Origin: a virus
Lineage: Duplodnaviria; Caudoviricetes
Length of the DNA stretch: 25,445 nt
Virus record (IMG/VR): IMGVR_UViG_3300007988_000067
Coordinates: 1-25,445 of that record
Reading direction: 5' to 3' (one strand)
Both the position numbers and the translations under genes were made by a program. Under the pieces are notes generated by a model that ran no database searches, was not told the DNA's origin, and saw only the letters and a list, made by a program, of their open reading frames with translations. Below, piece after piece: positions 8,824-17,011 of this stretch. How positions within the stretch are numbered: the first letter of the stretch is position 1; every line of letters begins with the position of its first letter.

Positions 8824-8997
8824 TTATTCTATTTCATCAATTCTATGTCTCATTTCCGAAAACATAAGTCCCAATTGACAAAGTTTCATCATATCTGATT
8901 CTTTACTATTAGCTGACTTTTCCCATTGTTCCAAACATTTCTCCAAAAACTATTTTTCATTTTCTTCACCATTAAATTCTACAAAATCATTTTGCAT
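8824..8997 (-). pseudogene. Small hypothetical protein interrupted by one in-frame TAG (8950-8952)
   Basis: RBS GAGGTG, ATG 8997: MQNDFVEFNGEENEK*FLEKCLEQWEKSANSKESDMMKLCQLGLMFSEMRHRIDEIE*. Confidence 0.55.
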
Positions 8998-9014
8998 ATT
9001 ATATTCACCTCACT

Positions 9015-9524
9015 TTAATATTTTAAATCACTATCCCACTTATATTCATATCCATCTGGTGCAAATTTGGACTTAACTTTTTTATTGCATCTGTCACTAA
9101 TTGTTTGATTACTCATATAGTTACATCTAGCACACTCTCTTGCACTTTTGTAAAATTCTACTATCTCTCCATTAGGATCTATTTTAACAACTGCTTTTTT
9201 ATTGCTATATGCACCTGTTATTTTGGCTAAATCTGATTTGCTTATTATAGCTATATTTGATAAAAAGCAATCAGTCTTATTTCTATTTTTGAAATAATAT
9301 ACTTCACCATGTTGTTTTATCAACCCAAATGCTAACGCAATTAACATATGTACTTTACATTCTTTATATATTCCGTTCAAATCTACTTTTACAGTGTAAT
9401 ATTCATCTTTTATAAAAGTGCTTATGTTCCTAAATCCTTTTTTGAGCTTACGTCTTATATTACCAACTGAATCAATTTGATATTTTTCAGACCCTGGTAT
9501 ATCTCTCCAAACACCTGTTAACAT
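9015..9524 (-). CDS. NUMOD4/HNH-like/NUMOD1 protein, HNH motif degenerate
   Basis: WRDIPGSEKYQIDSVGNIR (NUMOD4), VHMLIALAF...KNRNKTD...SNI (HNH-like, metal ligands not evident), GEIVEFYKSARECAR (NUMOD1). Confidence 0.75.
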   Translation of the reverse strand: MLTGVWRDIPGSEKYQIDSVGNIRRKLKKGFRNISTFIKDEYYTVKVDLNGIYKECKVHMLIALAFGLIKQHGEVYYFKNRNKTDCFLSNIAIISKSDLAKITGAYSNKKAVVKIDPNGEIVEFYKSARECARCNYMSNQTISDRCNKKVKSKFAPDGYEYKWDSDLKY

Positions 9525-9582
9525 ATCTAATTTCTCCTTAGATTCTAATGTCTTTTATTTTTATCCCTAGTAAAAAATGAAT

Positions 9583-9852
9583 TTATTTTTTACTAAAATA
9601 TTTTATAATGCAATTAACACATTCGTCTTTTGTCTTATCTTCATAAATATCATCAGAACAATTAACTTTTTTACATATATCTTCATCAATATCCAACTCG
9701 CTAATATATCCTGCCATTTTAAGCATACTGTCTTCGATTTCCCTAATTTTATTAACCACTATATCTTTTTCATTATTTGTTAAAAAACTTGCCATAACAC
9801 ATCCTACCGCAACATTGATAACTTTTTTAATTTTCCACATAATATACCTCAT
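9583..9852 (-). CDS. Hypothetical protein
   Basis: ORF in early operon orientation; C-terminal Cys cluster; true start may be the internal ATG (MASFLT). Confidence 0.6.
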   Translation of the reverse strand: MRYIMWKIKKVINVAVGCVMASFLTNNEKDIVVNKIREIEDSMLKMAGYISELDIDEDICKKVNCSDDIYEDKTKDECVNCIIKYFSKK

Positions 9853-10175
9853 GATTTATTTTTTTTATTCATATTTCTAATCTTCTTAACTGCATTATAC
9901 AGTTCTAAATCAATATCTAACTCACTAAGCTTTTTATTCAACAATTCATTCACATGTTTATTTTGAAAAGAATGTCCTTTTTCAGTTTTTATATGAGGTC
10001 TTACAATTTCTGCAACTTTAGCAGCACTTTTATACTGTATATACAATTTGAAAATAACTGCAGGTTTATGATTCCAATCATTTTCATTAATAATCATTAG
10101 ATCTTTATATCTATGTAATTCACTTAACCTATTTCTTAGCTTTTTACATTCATCATCAATCCACATTTTAATCAC
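9849..10175 (-). CDS. Hypothetical protein, possible HTH
   Basis: 108 aa, LYIQYKSAAKVAE segment; start overlaps upstream stop. Confidence 0.7.
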   Translation of the reverse strand: MIKMWIDDECKKLRNRLSELHRYKDLMIINENDWNHKPAVIFKLYIQYKSAAKVAEIVRPHIKTEKGHSFQNKHVNELLNKKLSELDIDLELYNAVKKIRNMNKKNKS

Positions 10176-10556
10176 CTAATCTTGATATATGTAAAGTTAA
10201 TATCTTTTTTAATATTTTAATTTCTCTTAAAACTGCATCATCAAAATCATTCTTTTGGATTTCGATAATATATTCCTTAAAAAGTTTTAAGTTTTCTACG
10301 TATTCTTCACTTGTTTTTGGATTGAAAAAAGTATACTCAGTTCCTTTTTTTGTTGGCTTTTTAAATTTTTTAACTATAAATCCTTTTTCAAGTTCAACTA
10401 ACCACGCTGCCATTTTTAACAATTCATATCTTTTAAAATCTTCTTTAGATAATTTTAGCGTCATTAATTTATTATTTATACCTCCAGATATAACAGTAGG
10501 TTGCATTTTGATTCCTCCTTAAAATTTAGTTCATCATCAATCCACATTTTAATCAC
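10149..10556. repeat. Perfect 27-bp direct repeat (10149-10175 and 10530-10556) flanking the 112-aa gene
   Basis: TTCATCATCAATCCACATTTTAATCAC occurs twice; a degenerate longer copy lies at about 10757-10815. Confidence 0.9.
10168..10506 (-). CDS. Hypothetical protein
   Basis: 112 aa, AAGGAGG RBS. Confidence 0.75.
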   Translation of the reverse strand: MQPTVISGGINNKLMTLKLSKEDFKRYELLKMAAWLVELEKGFIVKKFKKPTKKGTEYTFFNPKTSEEYVENLKLFKEYIIEIQKNDFDDAVLREIKILKKILTLHISRLGD

Positions 10557-10719
10557 ATTCATTTACTAAATATGCACCAATACTCCAGTCTAAATCCCTT
10601 ACTTCCCCAAACTCATTATTGTCTATCTTATTTATCATCTTCATGCAAGCCTCTTCTTCATCATCTGCATCAACCTCAATAACAATTAGTTCTTGTGCTT
10701 CCACTCTATACTTAGCCAT
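10549..10719 (-). CDS. Small acidic hypothetical protein (56 aa)
   Basis: Not in ORF track; AAGGAGTG RBS; MAKYRVEAQELIVIEVDADDEEEACMKMINKIDNNEFGEVRDLDWSIGAYLVNECD. Confidence 0.75.
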   Translation of the reverse strand: MAKYRVEAQELIVIEVDADDEEEACMKMINKIDNNEFGEVRDLDWSIGAYLVNECD

Positions 10720-10820
10720 ATAATTTCACTCCTTAGAATATAAAAAATTAATTACGTATATATGTAACTCACTTTCTATCTTTCTTATTTTTTTCAATTC
10801 TTCATCAATCCAAATAATAC

Positions 10821-11090
10821 TTAAAACCTTTCTTGTATTTCTTCATTGTTACACCAAGTAAGTTTGTATTTTTTATCTTCTTCATGTAGTGCAAAACTAA
10901 CATTTTTAAAAACTTTATATCCTTCATCTAAAAGTCTATTAACATTCTCATTTGTACATTTTCGTATGTACACATAATTTAGCCCTTCATTTGCAGCTCT
11001 ATTTATTAGCTTTTTAATAGTACTGTATTCATTTAATATTGTTTTTCTTTCAAATTCCTCTTTTGTCATTTCATAAATTATTTTATTCAT
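10821..11090 (-). CDS. Hypothetical protein
   Basis: 89 aa, GGAGGTG RBS. Confidence 0.75.
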   Translation of the reverse strand: MNKIIYEMTKEEFERKTILNEYSTIKKLINRAANEGLNYVYIRKCTNENVNRLLDEGYKVFKNVSFALHEEDKKYKLTWCNNEEIQERF

Positions 11091-11093
11091 AAT

Positions 11094-11315
11094 TTACACC
11101 TCCGATAATTCATCTGATATCTTTCCTATTTGAAATTCTACAAATTGTAAAAAATCTTTTCTAACTTCACCATTAAGAAATATATACTCACTATCTGGTG
11201 ATTTTAATTTTAACCATTTTGTTTTTTCATCAGCATTTTGTTTTATTAAAAAATCTTCCATTTCTTTTAAATACTTTAACTTTTGATACAATTCTTCAAT
11301 TTGATTCCTTTCCAT
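11094..11315 (-). CDS. Hypothetical protein
   Basis: 73 aa, AGGAGGG RBS. Confidence 0.75.
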   Translation of the reverse strand: MERNQIEELYQKLKYLKEMEDFLIKQNADEKTKWLKLKSPDSEYIFLNGEVRKDFLQFVEFQIGKISDELSEV

Positions 11316-11503
11316 AATTCCCTCCTAAAAATGTGACATAAAACAGGAAGTGTTGCATTTTCTAAAACCCATTTTAAGCCGTTCAAATTCTCGCTTAGAC
11401 TTATATGACCTTTACGCTAATATGACACCTTTAAAACGAAGATATACAACCCATTTATTCTACACATTGTAATAATAAACCAAAAAAATATAAAAAAATA
11501 ATA

Positions 11504-12058
11504 CTACTTTCTTGTATACTTAAATTTCTTCATCTTTTTGTACTTATCGCTGTCTCTTAATCCAATGTATCTTAGTGTTTCCTCCGGATGACTATGATTA
11601 AGTATTTCTTTAAGAATCATAATATCTTTTGTATCATTATAGAAATGATACCCAAATGTTTTCCTCATTGAATGTGTACCAATACTACTAAGTCCAAATC
11701 TTTCAGCAACATCCTTTAATATTTTGTAAGCCTGTTGTCTTGATATTGCTGAATTTTCATTTTTTTGACTTTTAATTAAATACTCATAATCATTTTTATT
11801 TTTTAAATAACTTTTAAAAAATTCTTTTAAATCATCATTAATAGGTATTTCAATTTCTTTTTTAGTTTTAGATTCTGTGATTTTGATAGACTCTTTATTC
11901 CTAACATCCTTAACCTTTAATTTGAGAATGTCACCTATTCTCCTTGCTGTTGTTATTCCTAATGTGAATAGTACATAATCTCTTTGACTTGTGCTTTTAA
12001 GATACTCCTGAATGTCTAAAACTTTATTCATGTCTCGAATTGGTTCAACTTTGTTCAC
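11504..12058 (-). CDS. Small tyrosine recombinase (catalytic domain only)
   Basis: VEPIRD start, RRIGDIL (Arg), ESKTKK (Lys), GTHSMRKTFGY (HxxR), LNHS, TLRYIG (Tyr); GTG at 12058 after GGAGG. Confidence 0.92.
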   Translation of the reverse strand: MNKVEPIRDMNKVLDIQEYLKSTSQRDYVLFTLGITTARRIGDILKLKVKDVRNKESIKITESKTKKEIEIPINDDLKEFFKSYLKNKNDYEYLIKSQKNENSAISRQQAYKILKDVAERFGLSSIGTHSMRKTFGYHFYNDTKDIMILKEILNHSHPEETLRYIGLRDSDKYKKMKKFKYTRK

Positions 12059-12389
12059 GCTGATCAGCCTCCAACTCTTTTTCAATTACTACCATTGTTC
12101 TTTTCATCTTAAAATGCATATTGTCTAGTATTGATGTATGAGTAAATTTAAAAATCTTCTCTAATTGACCGCACATATTATATACATCCGATAATTCTAG
12201 CTCTATATCTTTTATAAACTCCTTTCTTTTTAATTCATCTTGACTACCAGACTCTTCAAAATTTTCAAATTTATTAAGAGCATCTTCAAGTTCATAAACT
12301 TCTTCTCTCCATTTATCTAATTGCTTCGATACTCCACAATGATTTATTGCTGTCTTTTGTGCTATCTCTATGTATTTTAACTTGTCCAT
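12045..12389 (-). CDS. MazG-like nucleotide pyrophosphohydrolase domain protein
   Basis: QLDKWREEVYEL...ELELSDVY matches the EE-x2-E / E-x2-D pattern of all-alpha NTP-PPases. Confidence 0.65.
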   Translation of the reverse strand: MDKLKYIEIAQKTAINHCGVSKQLDKWREEVYELEDALNKFENFEESGSQDELKRKEFIKDIELELSDVYNMCGQLEKIFKFTHTSILDNMHFKMKRTMVVIEKELEADQREQS

Positions 12390-12846
12390 ATTGTTCAACC
12401 CTCCAATCTTTAATATATTTTTTACATCTCTTTGTAACTATTACATTAGCCTTGTCTCTCAAAATCATACAATTACGCTTATCGTAAGTCATTTCAAAAC
12501 TTATTTTTTCCCAGTTCATTTTTTGTTTATATCTAAGATCTATAATTTTATGGCACTCCTCTGGAAGTCTATTTATAGAATTATTCAATTTACTCCTAAT
12601 TTTACTAAGCCTTTTAACTCTATCAGTCAATGTTTTTATATCCCGCTCATACTGAAATACTATTGATTCTACATGAGAGTTAACTTCTACTGAGTTTACA
12701 CATACATCTTTTATTACATTTGCTTTAAGTGATGATTTAATATCCTCAGTATCAGATATAAGCATCCTTAAATCATCTGTACTAGCTTTAATTTCATTGC
12801 ATATGTTAAGCCACTCCTCAAACACATCATATTTTCTCTTTTGCAT
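12313..12846 (-). CDS. ArpU/RinA-type (sigma region-4-like) late transcriptional activator
   Basis: INRLPEECHKIIDLRYKQKMNWEKISFEMTY...RDKA C-terminal HTH preceded by a coiled coil; end of early operon. Confidence 0.75.
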   Translation of the reverse strand: MQKRKYDVFEEWLNICNEIKASTDDLRMLISDTEDIKSSLKANVIKDVCVNSVEVNSHVESIVFQYERDIKTLTDRVKRLSKIRSKLNNSINRLPEECHKIIDLRYKQKMNWEKISFEMTYDKRNCMILRDKANVIVTKRCKKYIKDWRVEQYGQVKIHRDSTKDSNKSLWSIEAIR

Positions 12847-12896
12847 TTGAACCTCCACAATTTAATATATTGTCCAACATGCTTTCTTTTGTTTAT

Positions 12897-13222
12897 CTAT
12901 ATTTTTTTATTCAATTCATACTCGATGAGCTTATTAAAGTTTTTAACGCTAAGTTCTTTAAATCTTGTAAACATAATAATTTTAATCATACGCTTTTGGT
13001 TCATTTGCTTTGATACCTTCACTAATGCCAATGCGTTTATAAAACTTAGCTTATTTTTTTAATGCATTTAACAATTGCATTATCTAGCTTAAGTATGCTC
13101 AAATGCTTAGATACATCAGCCTGACTTATACCACATTCATCAGCAAATTTTTGTTGAGTTATACCTAGTTTTTGCAATTGCTTTTTATACCTTATTGCTC
13201 TGTCAATAAAGTGTTCTTCCAC
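12897..13222 (-). pseudogene. ParB/Spo0J-type HTH-only protein, frameshifted in an A7 run (13054-13060)
   Basis: GTG 13222: EEHFIDRAIRYKKQLQKLGITQQKFADECGISQADVSKHLSILKLDNAIVKCIKK; adding one A continues NKLSFINALALVKV...Q...LSVKNF to TAG 12897 (108 aa). Confidence 0.7.
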
Positions 13223-13223
13223 A

Positions 13224-13502
13224 TTAATTCAGCTCCTCAACATACTCTATTTTTATGCCCAGAGTATGACTTAAAATATCAAAACCTGTACTTGTTAAAG
13301 CATAATCTTTTGATTTGAAACCATAATGATTTTTTGTAATTTTTTCACGCATTAACTCACATTCTATTAATTTTTCAAGGTCCTTACTCCAGGAATAGCA
13401 ATTATAAAAATTGCGTTTTGTTTTAAATTCTTCATCGTAACCATTATGTAAATCAAAGCCTATTGCTATTTTCATGATGTTTATTTGCTTTTCTGTTAAC
13501 AT
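13224..13502 (-). CDS. Hypothetical protein
   Basis: 92 aa directly after the initiator gene; IMKIAIG...RNFY motif. Confidence 0.75.
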   Translation of the reverse strand: MLTEKQINIMKIAIGFDLHNGYDEEFKTKRNFYNCYSWSKDLEKLIECELMREKITKNHYGFKSKDYALTSTGFDILSHTLGIKIEYVEELN

Positions 13503-13513
13503 GATTTACACCA

Positions 13514-14422
13514 TCAAGAATAATACTTATCAAGATCATCTTCGCTATAATCACGCTGATCAAAGTTGTTAATCTGCTCAACTTTATTTGCATCACTTGG
13601 CGCTTTAACATTTGAGAAGTTATCACCCAGGTAATCAATATATCCGGTTCCAAAAAACGTACTTCCGTGTTGGTATTCTTGCCAAGATGGTTTGTATCTT
13701 ACGTATCTTTCAATGCAACGTTTGATTATATCAAACCCATGCTTATGAATTTCCTTCTTGGTCTTAAGACTTACCTTTCCCTTCCCTTTTTGGTTTGGAT
13801 ATAGTGACCACAAACTTTCAAACATTTGGTGCACATCTTTATTTGATTTATTTTCTTCGTGCATGACCTCATGCACAATATCTTTTATTTTTTCTTTTTC
13901 TTTTTCTTTTTCTTTTTCTTTTTCTTTTTCCCCCGAGTCTCTACATACAATATCAACACTGTCACCACACTCTATGGACACAGTGTCCACACTGTCACTT
14001 TTTTCTGTTTCTTTAACATCTTTTTTATCATCATCATTCTCTGTATAATGCTTTAATAGATGATTTGCACATTCTCTAAATATTTTTGATTTAATTGCAT
14101 CAATCTCTTTTTTAATACAATTAATTACACTTGGACTTCTGCTAAAATTATGTTTAAACCAGTTAAGAATTATAAGCTCATTAGTTTTGGTGTCATATTT
14201 AATTTTTTGATACTCTTGAAATCTTACAATTAACTTATCAATAGTATCTTTTGTATATCCTGTTTCCATTTCTATAACTCTTTTTGATATTTCATAAACA
14301 CCACATTGTGTTGTTTTAGTATTTGTCATTAAATATATGTAAAAAAACTTTTCTTCTGGTGTAAGATCTAATACAAAAGGGTCTTGCCAAAAACTTGTTT
14401 GTAAATGTCTATAAATAGCCAA
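13514..14422 (-). CDS. Phage replication initiator / replisome organizer
   Basis: MAIYRHLQTSFWQDPFVLDLTPEEKFFYIYLMTN...CGVYEI N-terminus, KE-repeat linker, FESLWSLYP...HGSTFF C-domain; TTG 14422 after GGAGG. Confidence 0.9.
   Translation of the reverse strand: MAIYRHLQTSFWQDPFVLDLTPEEKFFYIYLMTNTKTTQCGVYEISKRVIEMETGYTKDTIDKLIVRFQEYQKIKYDTKTNELIILNWFKHNFSRSPSVINCIKKEIDAIKSKIFRECANHLLKHYTENDDDKKDVKETEKSDSVDTVSIECGDSVDIVCRDSGEKEKEKEKEKEKEKIKDIVHEVMHEENKSNKDVHQMFESLWSLYPNQKGKGKVSLKTKKEIHKHGFDIIKRCIERYVRYKPSWQEYQHGSTFFGTGYIDYLGDNFSNVKAPSDANKVEQINNFDQRDYSEDDLDKYYS
13889..14000. repeat. Probable phage replication origin inside the initiator gene
   Basis: ACACTGTCAC twice and dyad TGGACAC-A-GTGTCCA next to a (TTTTTC)7 tract at 13889-13930. 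Confidence 0.55.
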
Positions 14423-14471
14423 GCTTATCCCTCCTAGTTCTTTTGTAAAAAGGGGCATAATGACCCTTTAA

Positions 14472-15191
14472 CTATGCAATTATTTCAACTTTATCCTTAT
14501 ACTCCTGGAGTTGCTCTTCTAGATATGCTTTAATTCTCATCATTGTTTCTAATTTCCATGCTCCACCATCGGCTTCAAAAATTGCAGCTACAGGTCCGTT
14601 TTTCATTCTGAATATAAACTTACTTTCAACTTGCTCAATTTCCTGAAATGTTCTATATGGAATAAGTGATACTGGATTAGGTACTTTAACATTTCCAACA
14701 GTTGCAATTCCTGTTTTAGCTGTTACTTGTTGACTTACTCCATCGTCACCAGTTTCTCTTATATTTTCTTCTTTAATTGTACCTATTACTTTTAGAATTT
14801 GTGCCGAATCTTCATTTTGAACAAATGCTGATTGCATCATAATATTAAAGTTTTCTGTATCTAAAAATCTTTCAAACTCTATATGTGGTGTTTTTGATTG
14901 TGCTGCCATTAATAAATCTCTACTACCATCAAACTTTAGTGGTGACCTTACTATTACGGTTTCATGATTACTTACATGAATGATTAATTTTTCACTTATC
15001 TTATCAAAGTTTGATTTCACATAATCGATTATAGAATTGAGTGTATTTGTTTTTAAAGACTCTTTAACTATATCTGATACATGATTCAATTTCTTTGTTG
15101 TATAAGTTTGACAATTAATTTCTACTAACTCATTTTTATCCATACCCACTAAGTACTGCAACGCTTCTTTAATCATTTGTAATTCCTCCAA
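14472..15191 (-). CDS. Conserved phage protein
   Basis: 239 aa; DDGVSQQVTAKTGIA, VPNPVSLIPYRTFQEIEQ, FEADGGAWK; usual partner of the upstream gene in Firmicute phages. Confidence 0.85.
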   Translation of the reverse strand: MEELQMIKEALQYLVGMDKNELVEINCQTYTTKKLNHVSDIVKESLKTNTLNSIIDYVKSNFDKISEKLIIHVSNHETVIVRSPLKFDGSRDLLMAAQSKTPHIEFERFLDTENFNIMMQSAFVQNEDSAQILKVIGTIKEENIRETGDDGVSQQVTAKTGIATVGNVKVPNPVSLIPYRTFQEIEQVESKFIFRMKNGPVAAIFEADGGAWKLETMMRIKAYLEEQLQEYKDKVEIIA

Positions 15192-15199
15192 TATGTATT

Positions 15200-15559
15200 T
15201 TATTTAACTGCTTTTAATTTTTGACTTTCTATAACTTCCCCTGTATCATAGTCAATTTGCGTTTGTCCAAATAATTGACCTTTGATAAACTCCTCTGCGA
15301 CTACATTCCCATCATTGTCTTGTCCAATGTAAATTTTTGTTCCAAGACTCTTAACTGGTGCCAATTTTGTTTTACATTGAATATCAATATTGCTTTCTTC
15401 CCTATCATCATTAGGTTTAAAAGTAAGTTTAATATTCAACTCTCTTTTTGCAATAGATGAAGTGTTAGGATCTGCAATGTTGTTTAAAACTTCCTGAAAA
15501 TTTAAGTTTATTTGCTCTTGCACTGCACCATTTACCATTTCAAATAAATTTAATGACAT
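15200..15559 (-). CDS. Conserved phage protein (often labelled replication terminator protein)
   Basis: GAVQEQ...VLNNIADPNT...KRELNIKL...KTKLAP motif. Confidence 0.8.
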   Translation of the reverse strand: MSLNLFEMVNGAVQEQINLNFQEVLNNIADPNTSSIAKRELNIKLTFKPNDDREESNIDIQCKTKLAPVKSLGTKIYIGQDNDGNVVAEEFIKGQLFGQTQIDYDTGEVIESQKLKAVK

Positions 15560-15604
15560 GCCTATTCCTCCTTAGTATTTAATATTTTTTTATAGTTAAA
15601 ATGG

Positions 15605-15928
15605 TTAATCTTTTTTAACATCAGCCATTTTAAAAACTTCAACTTTTTTACCATCATCAGCAATTACTTCATCACCTTTACCCATGTGTCCAAATAATCC
15701 ATAAGCAGCCCAATTACATCCATACCTACTATCTCTTTCAAATGTACCTTTCCCATTATGTCTACCTATACAATCTACATAAGCACTGTTACTATCTGCA
15801 CCAGCATCAATAAAATCTTTAACAGTAGATACTTTTTTACATGCAGGACATTCAAAAGCCCATGTATTTGTGTCCTTGCCAAACCTGTTTTTTAGTTCTT
15901 CCAACCATTGTTTTTTTGTATATTCCAT
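15605..15928 (-). CDS. VVA0879-family putative Zn-binding phage protein
   Basis: RFGKD...WAFECPAC, CIGR, GCNWAAYGLF motifs. Confidence 0.7.
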   Translation of the reverse strand: MEYTKKQWLEELKNRFGKDTNTWAFECPACKKVSTVKDFIDAGADSNSAYVDCIGRHNGKGTFERDSRYGCNWAAYGLFGHMGKGDEVIADDGKKVEVFKMADVKKD

Positions 15929-16129
15929 CTAATTCACGTCTCCAATTCTATGATATCTATGCCATTCAATATTCGCTGCCATAATGTCAACCATCGTTTC
16001 TTCAAAAATTTTCTTAATATCAATCAAATCGTTATTATGTAGTGTATTTATTGCAAATTGCCATTCCTTTTGATTAAAACTTCCCACTAATTCTTTAACC
16101 TTCTCCTGTAGTTCTTGCATCCAAATCAC
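15929..16129 (-). CDS. Hypothetical protein
   Basis: 66 aa in operon context, AAGGAGTG RBS. Confidence 0.65.
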   Translation of the reverse strand: MIWMQELQEKVKELVGSFNQKEWQFAINTLHNNDLIDIKKIFEETMVDIMAANIEWHRYHRIGDVN

Positions 16130-16167
16130 TCCTTAAAGTTTTTGTAGTGCAGAACTCCCCAAAAGTA

Positions 16168-16335
16168 TTAATTAATTTTACCTAGTATCTCTTTTGCTCT
16201 CTCAATTTTCTTTTTTCTTATTTGTTCATCCAGCCTAATATTAATCACCATCGATATAATAAAAACAGTTACTAATACTACAAATACTCCTACTTGTTGC
16301 TCATAATTCAAATTTGCTAAAAACTCATAATTCAT
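16168..16335 (-). CDS. Small single-TM membrane protein (55 aa)
   Basis: Not in ORF track; ATGA overlap with upstream stop; MNYEFLANLNYEQQVGVFVVLVTVFIISMVINIRLDEQIRKKKIERAKEILGKIN. Confidence 0.65.
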   Translation of the reverse strand: MNYEFLANLNYEQQVGVFVVLVTVFIISMVINIRLDEQIRKKKIERAKEILGKIN

Positions 16336-16520
16336 TTTAACGCCCTCACTTCTTCAAATTCTTTATGTAATATAACTACTAAAATTGCTAACACTGGAAG
16401 TAAACACTCTCCTCCAAAAGCAACATATCCCCTACTTTGATTCACATAATTATGTAAAAATAGCGTGACTAATAGGGATAAAATTATTGATAACTTATCC
16501 CAACTCAACTTTCTTTTCAT
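16332..16520 (-). CDS. Small two-TM membrane protein
   Basis: Two hydrophobic segments around RGYVAFGGE; start set from GGAGG RBS. Confidence 0.7.
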   Translation of the reverse strand: MKRKLSWDKLSIILSLLVTLFLHNYVNQSRGYVAFGGECLLPVLAILVVILHKEFEEVRALK

Positions 16521-16674
16521 TTTCATGTCCTCCATCGTATGCCAAAGCAACTACTTCATCTTCACCAATTCCATAAAAAAGCATGTCCAAAACAAGTAAA
16601 AATTCATTTTCATTTTTCTCATTAGTTTTTCTAAATGCCATTAAGGCATATGCTCTAGCTTGGTTTTTGTCCAT
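16495..16674 (-). CDS. Hypothetical protein (59 aa)
   Basis: Not in ORF track; AAGGAG RBS; MDKNQARAYALMAFRKTNEKNENEFLLVLDMLFYGIGEDEVVALAYDGGHENEKKVELG. Confidence 0.65.
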   Translation of the reverse strand: MDKNQARAYALMAFRKTNEKNENEFLLVLDMLFYGIGEDEVVALAYDGGHENEKKVELG

Positions 16675-16699
16675 TGTAAGTGCTCCTTATTTTTTGAAT

Positions 16700-17011
16700 T
16701 TAAATACATTTGAGTTCTAAATTCTTACTTCTAAAATAATTAATACTTTTAACCAATTGCTCTATTAGCGCTTCACCAATTAATTTAATAGATGATATAT
16801 CCCTGGCCACAAAATCCCATTCTATATTCGTTACTTTTCCAATTTTATTCTCAACTTGGTACCTTAAATCTTCTGGATCTTCTTCTACATATTCCTTAGT
16901 TATAATAAAATTCGGACTTTCAATTATTTTTGAATCCTGCATAAATTCATCATCAATATGAACTGTTATTCCTTGTTTAGTTTTAAAAGTATGAATTATC
17001 ATTTTTATCAC
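16700..17011 (-). CDS. Hypothetical protein
   Basis: About 100 aa; GAGGTG RBS favours the ATG at 17002. Confidence 0.7.
   Translation of the reverse strand: MIKMIIHTFKTKQGITVHIDDEFMQDSKIIESPNFIITKEYVEEDPEDLRYQVENKIGKVTNIEWDFVARDISSIKLIGEALIEQLVKSINYFRSKNLELKCI

Noticed and set aside
8254-8997. Genome-wide stop-codon reassignment
   Set aside because: TAG ends several intact genes (e.g. stops at 8021, 11504, 14472, 21683) and TGA ends others (integrase, initiator); long genes have no internal stops
13889-13930. (TTTTTC)7 as a contingency locus or CRISPR-like repeat
   Set aside because: In-frame hexamer encoding the KE linker typical of these initiators; no spacers
9577-15460. Overlapping ORFs at 9577, 10322, 12370, 12841, 13453, 13758, 13859, 15275
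   Set aside because: Antisense or off-frame to the early operon; the poly-Phe and FS repeats simply mirror the KE-repeat tract
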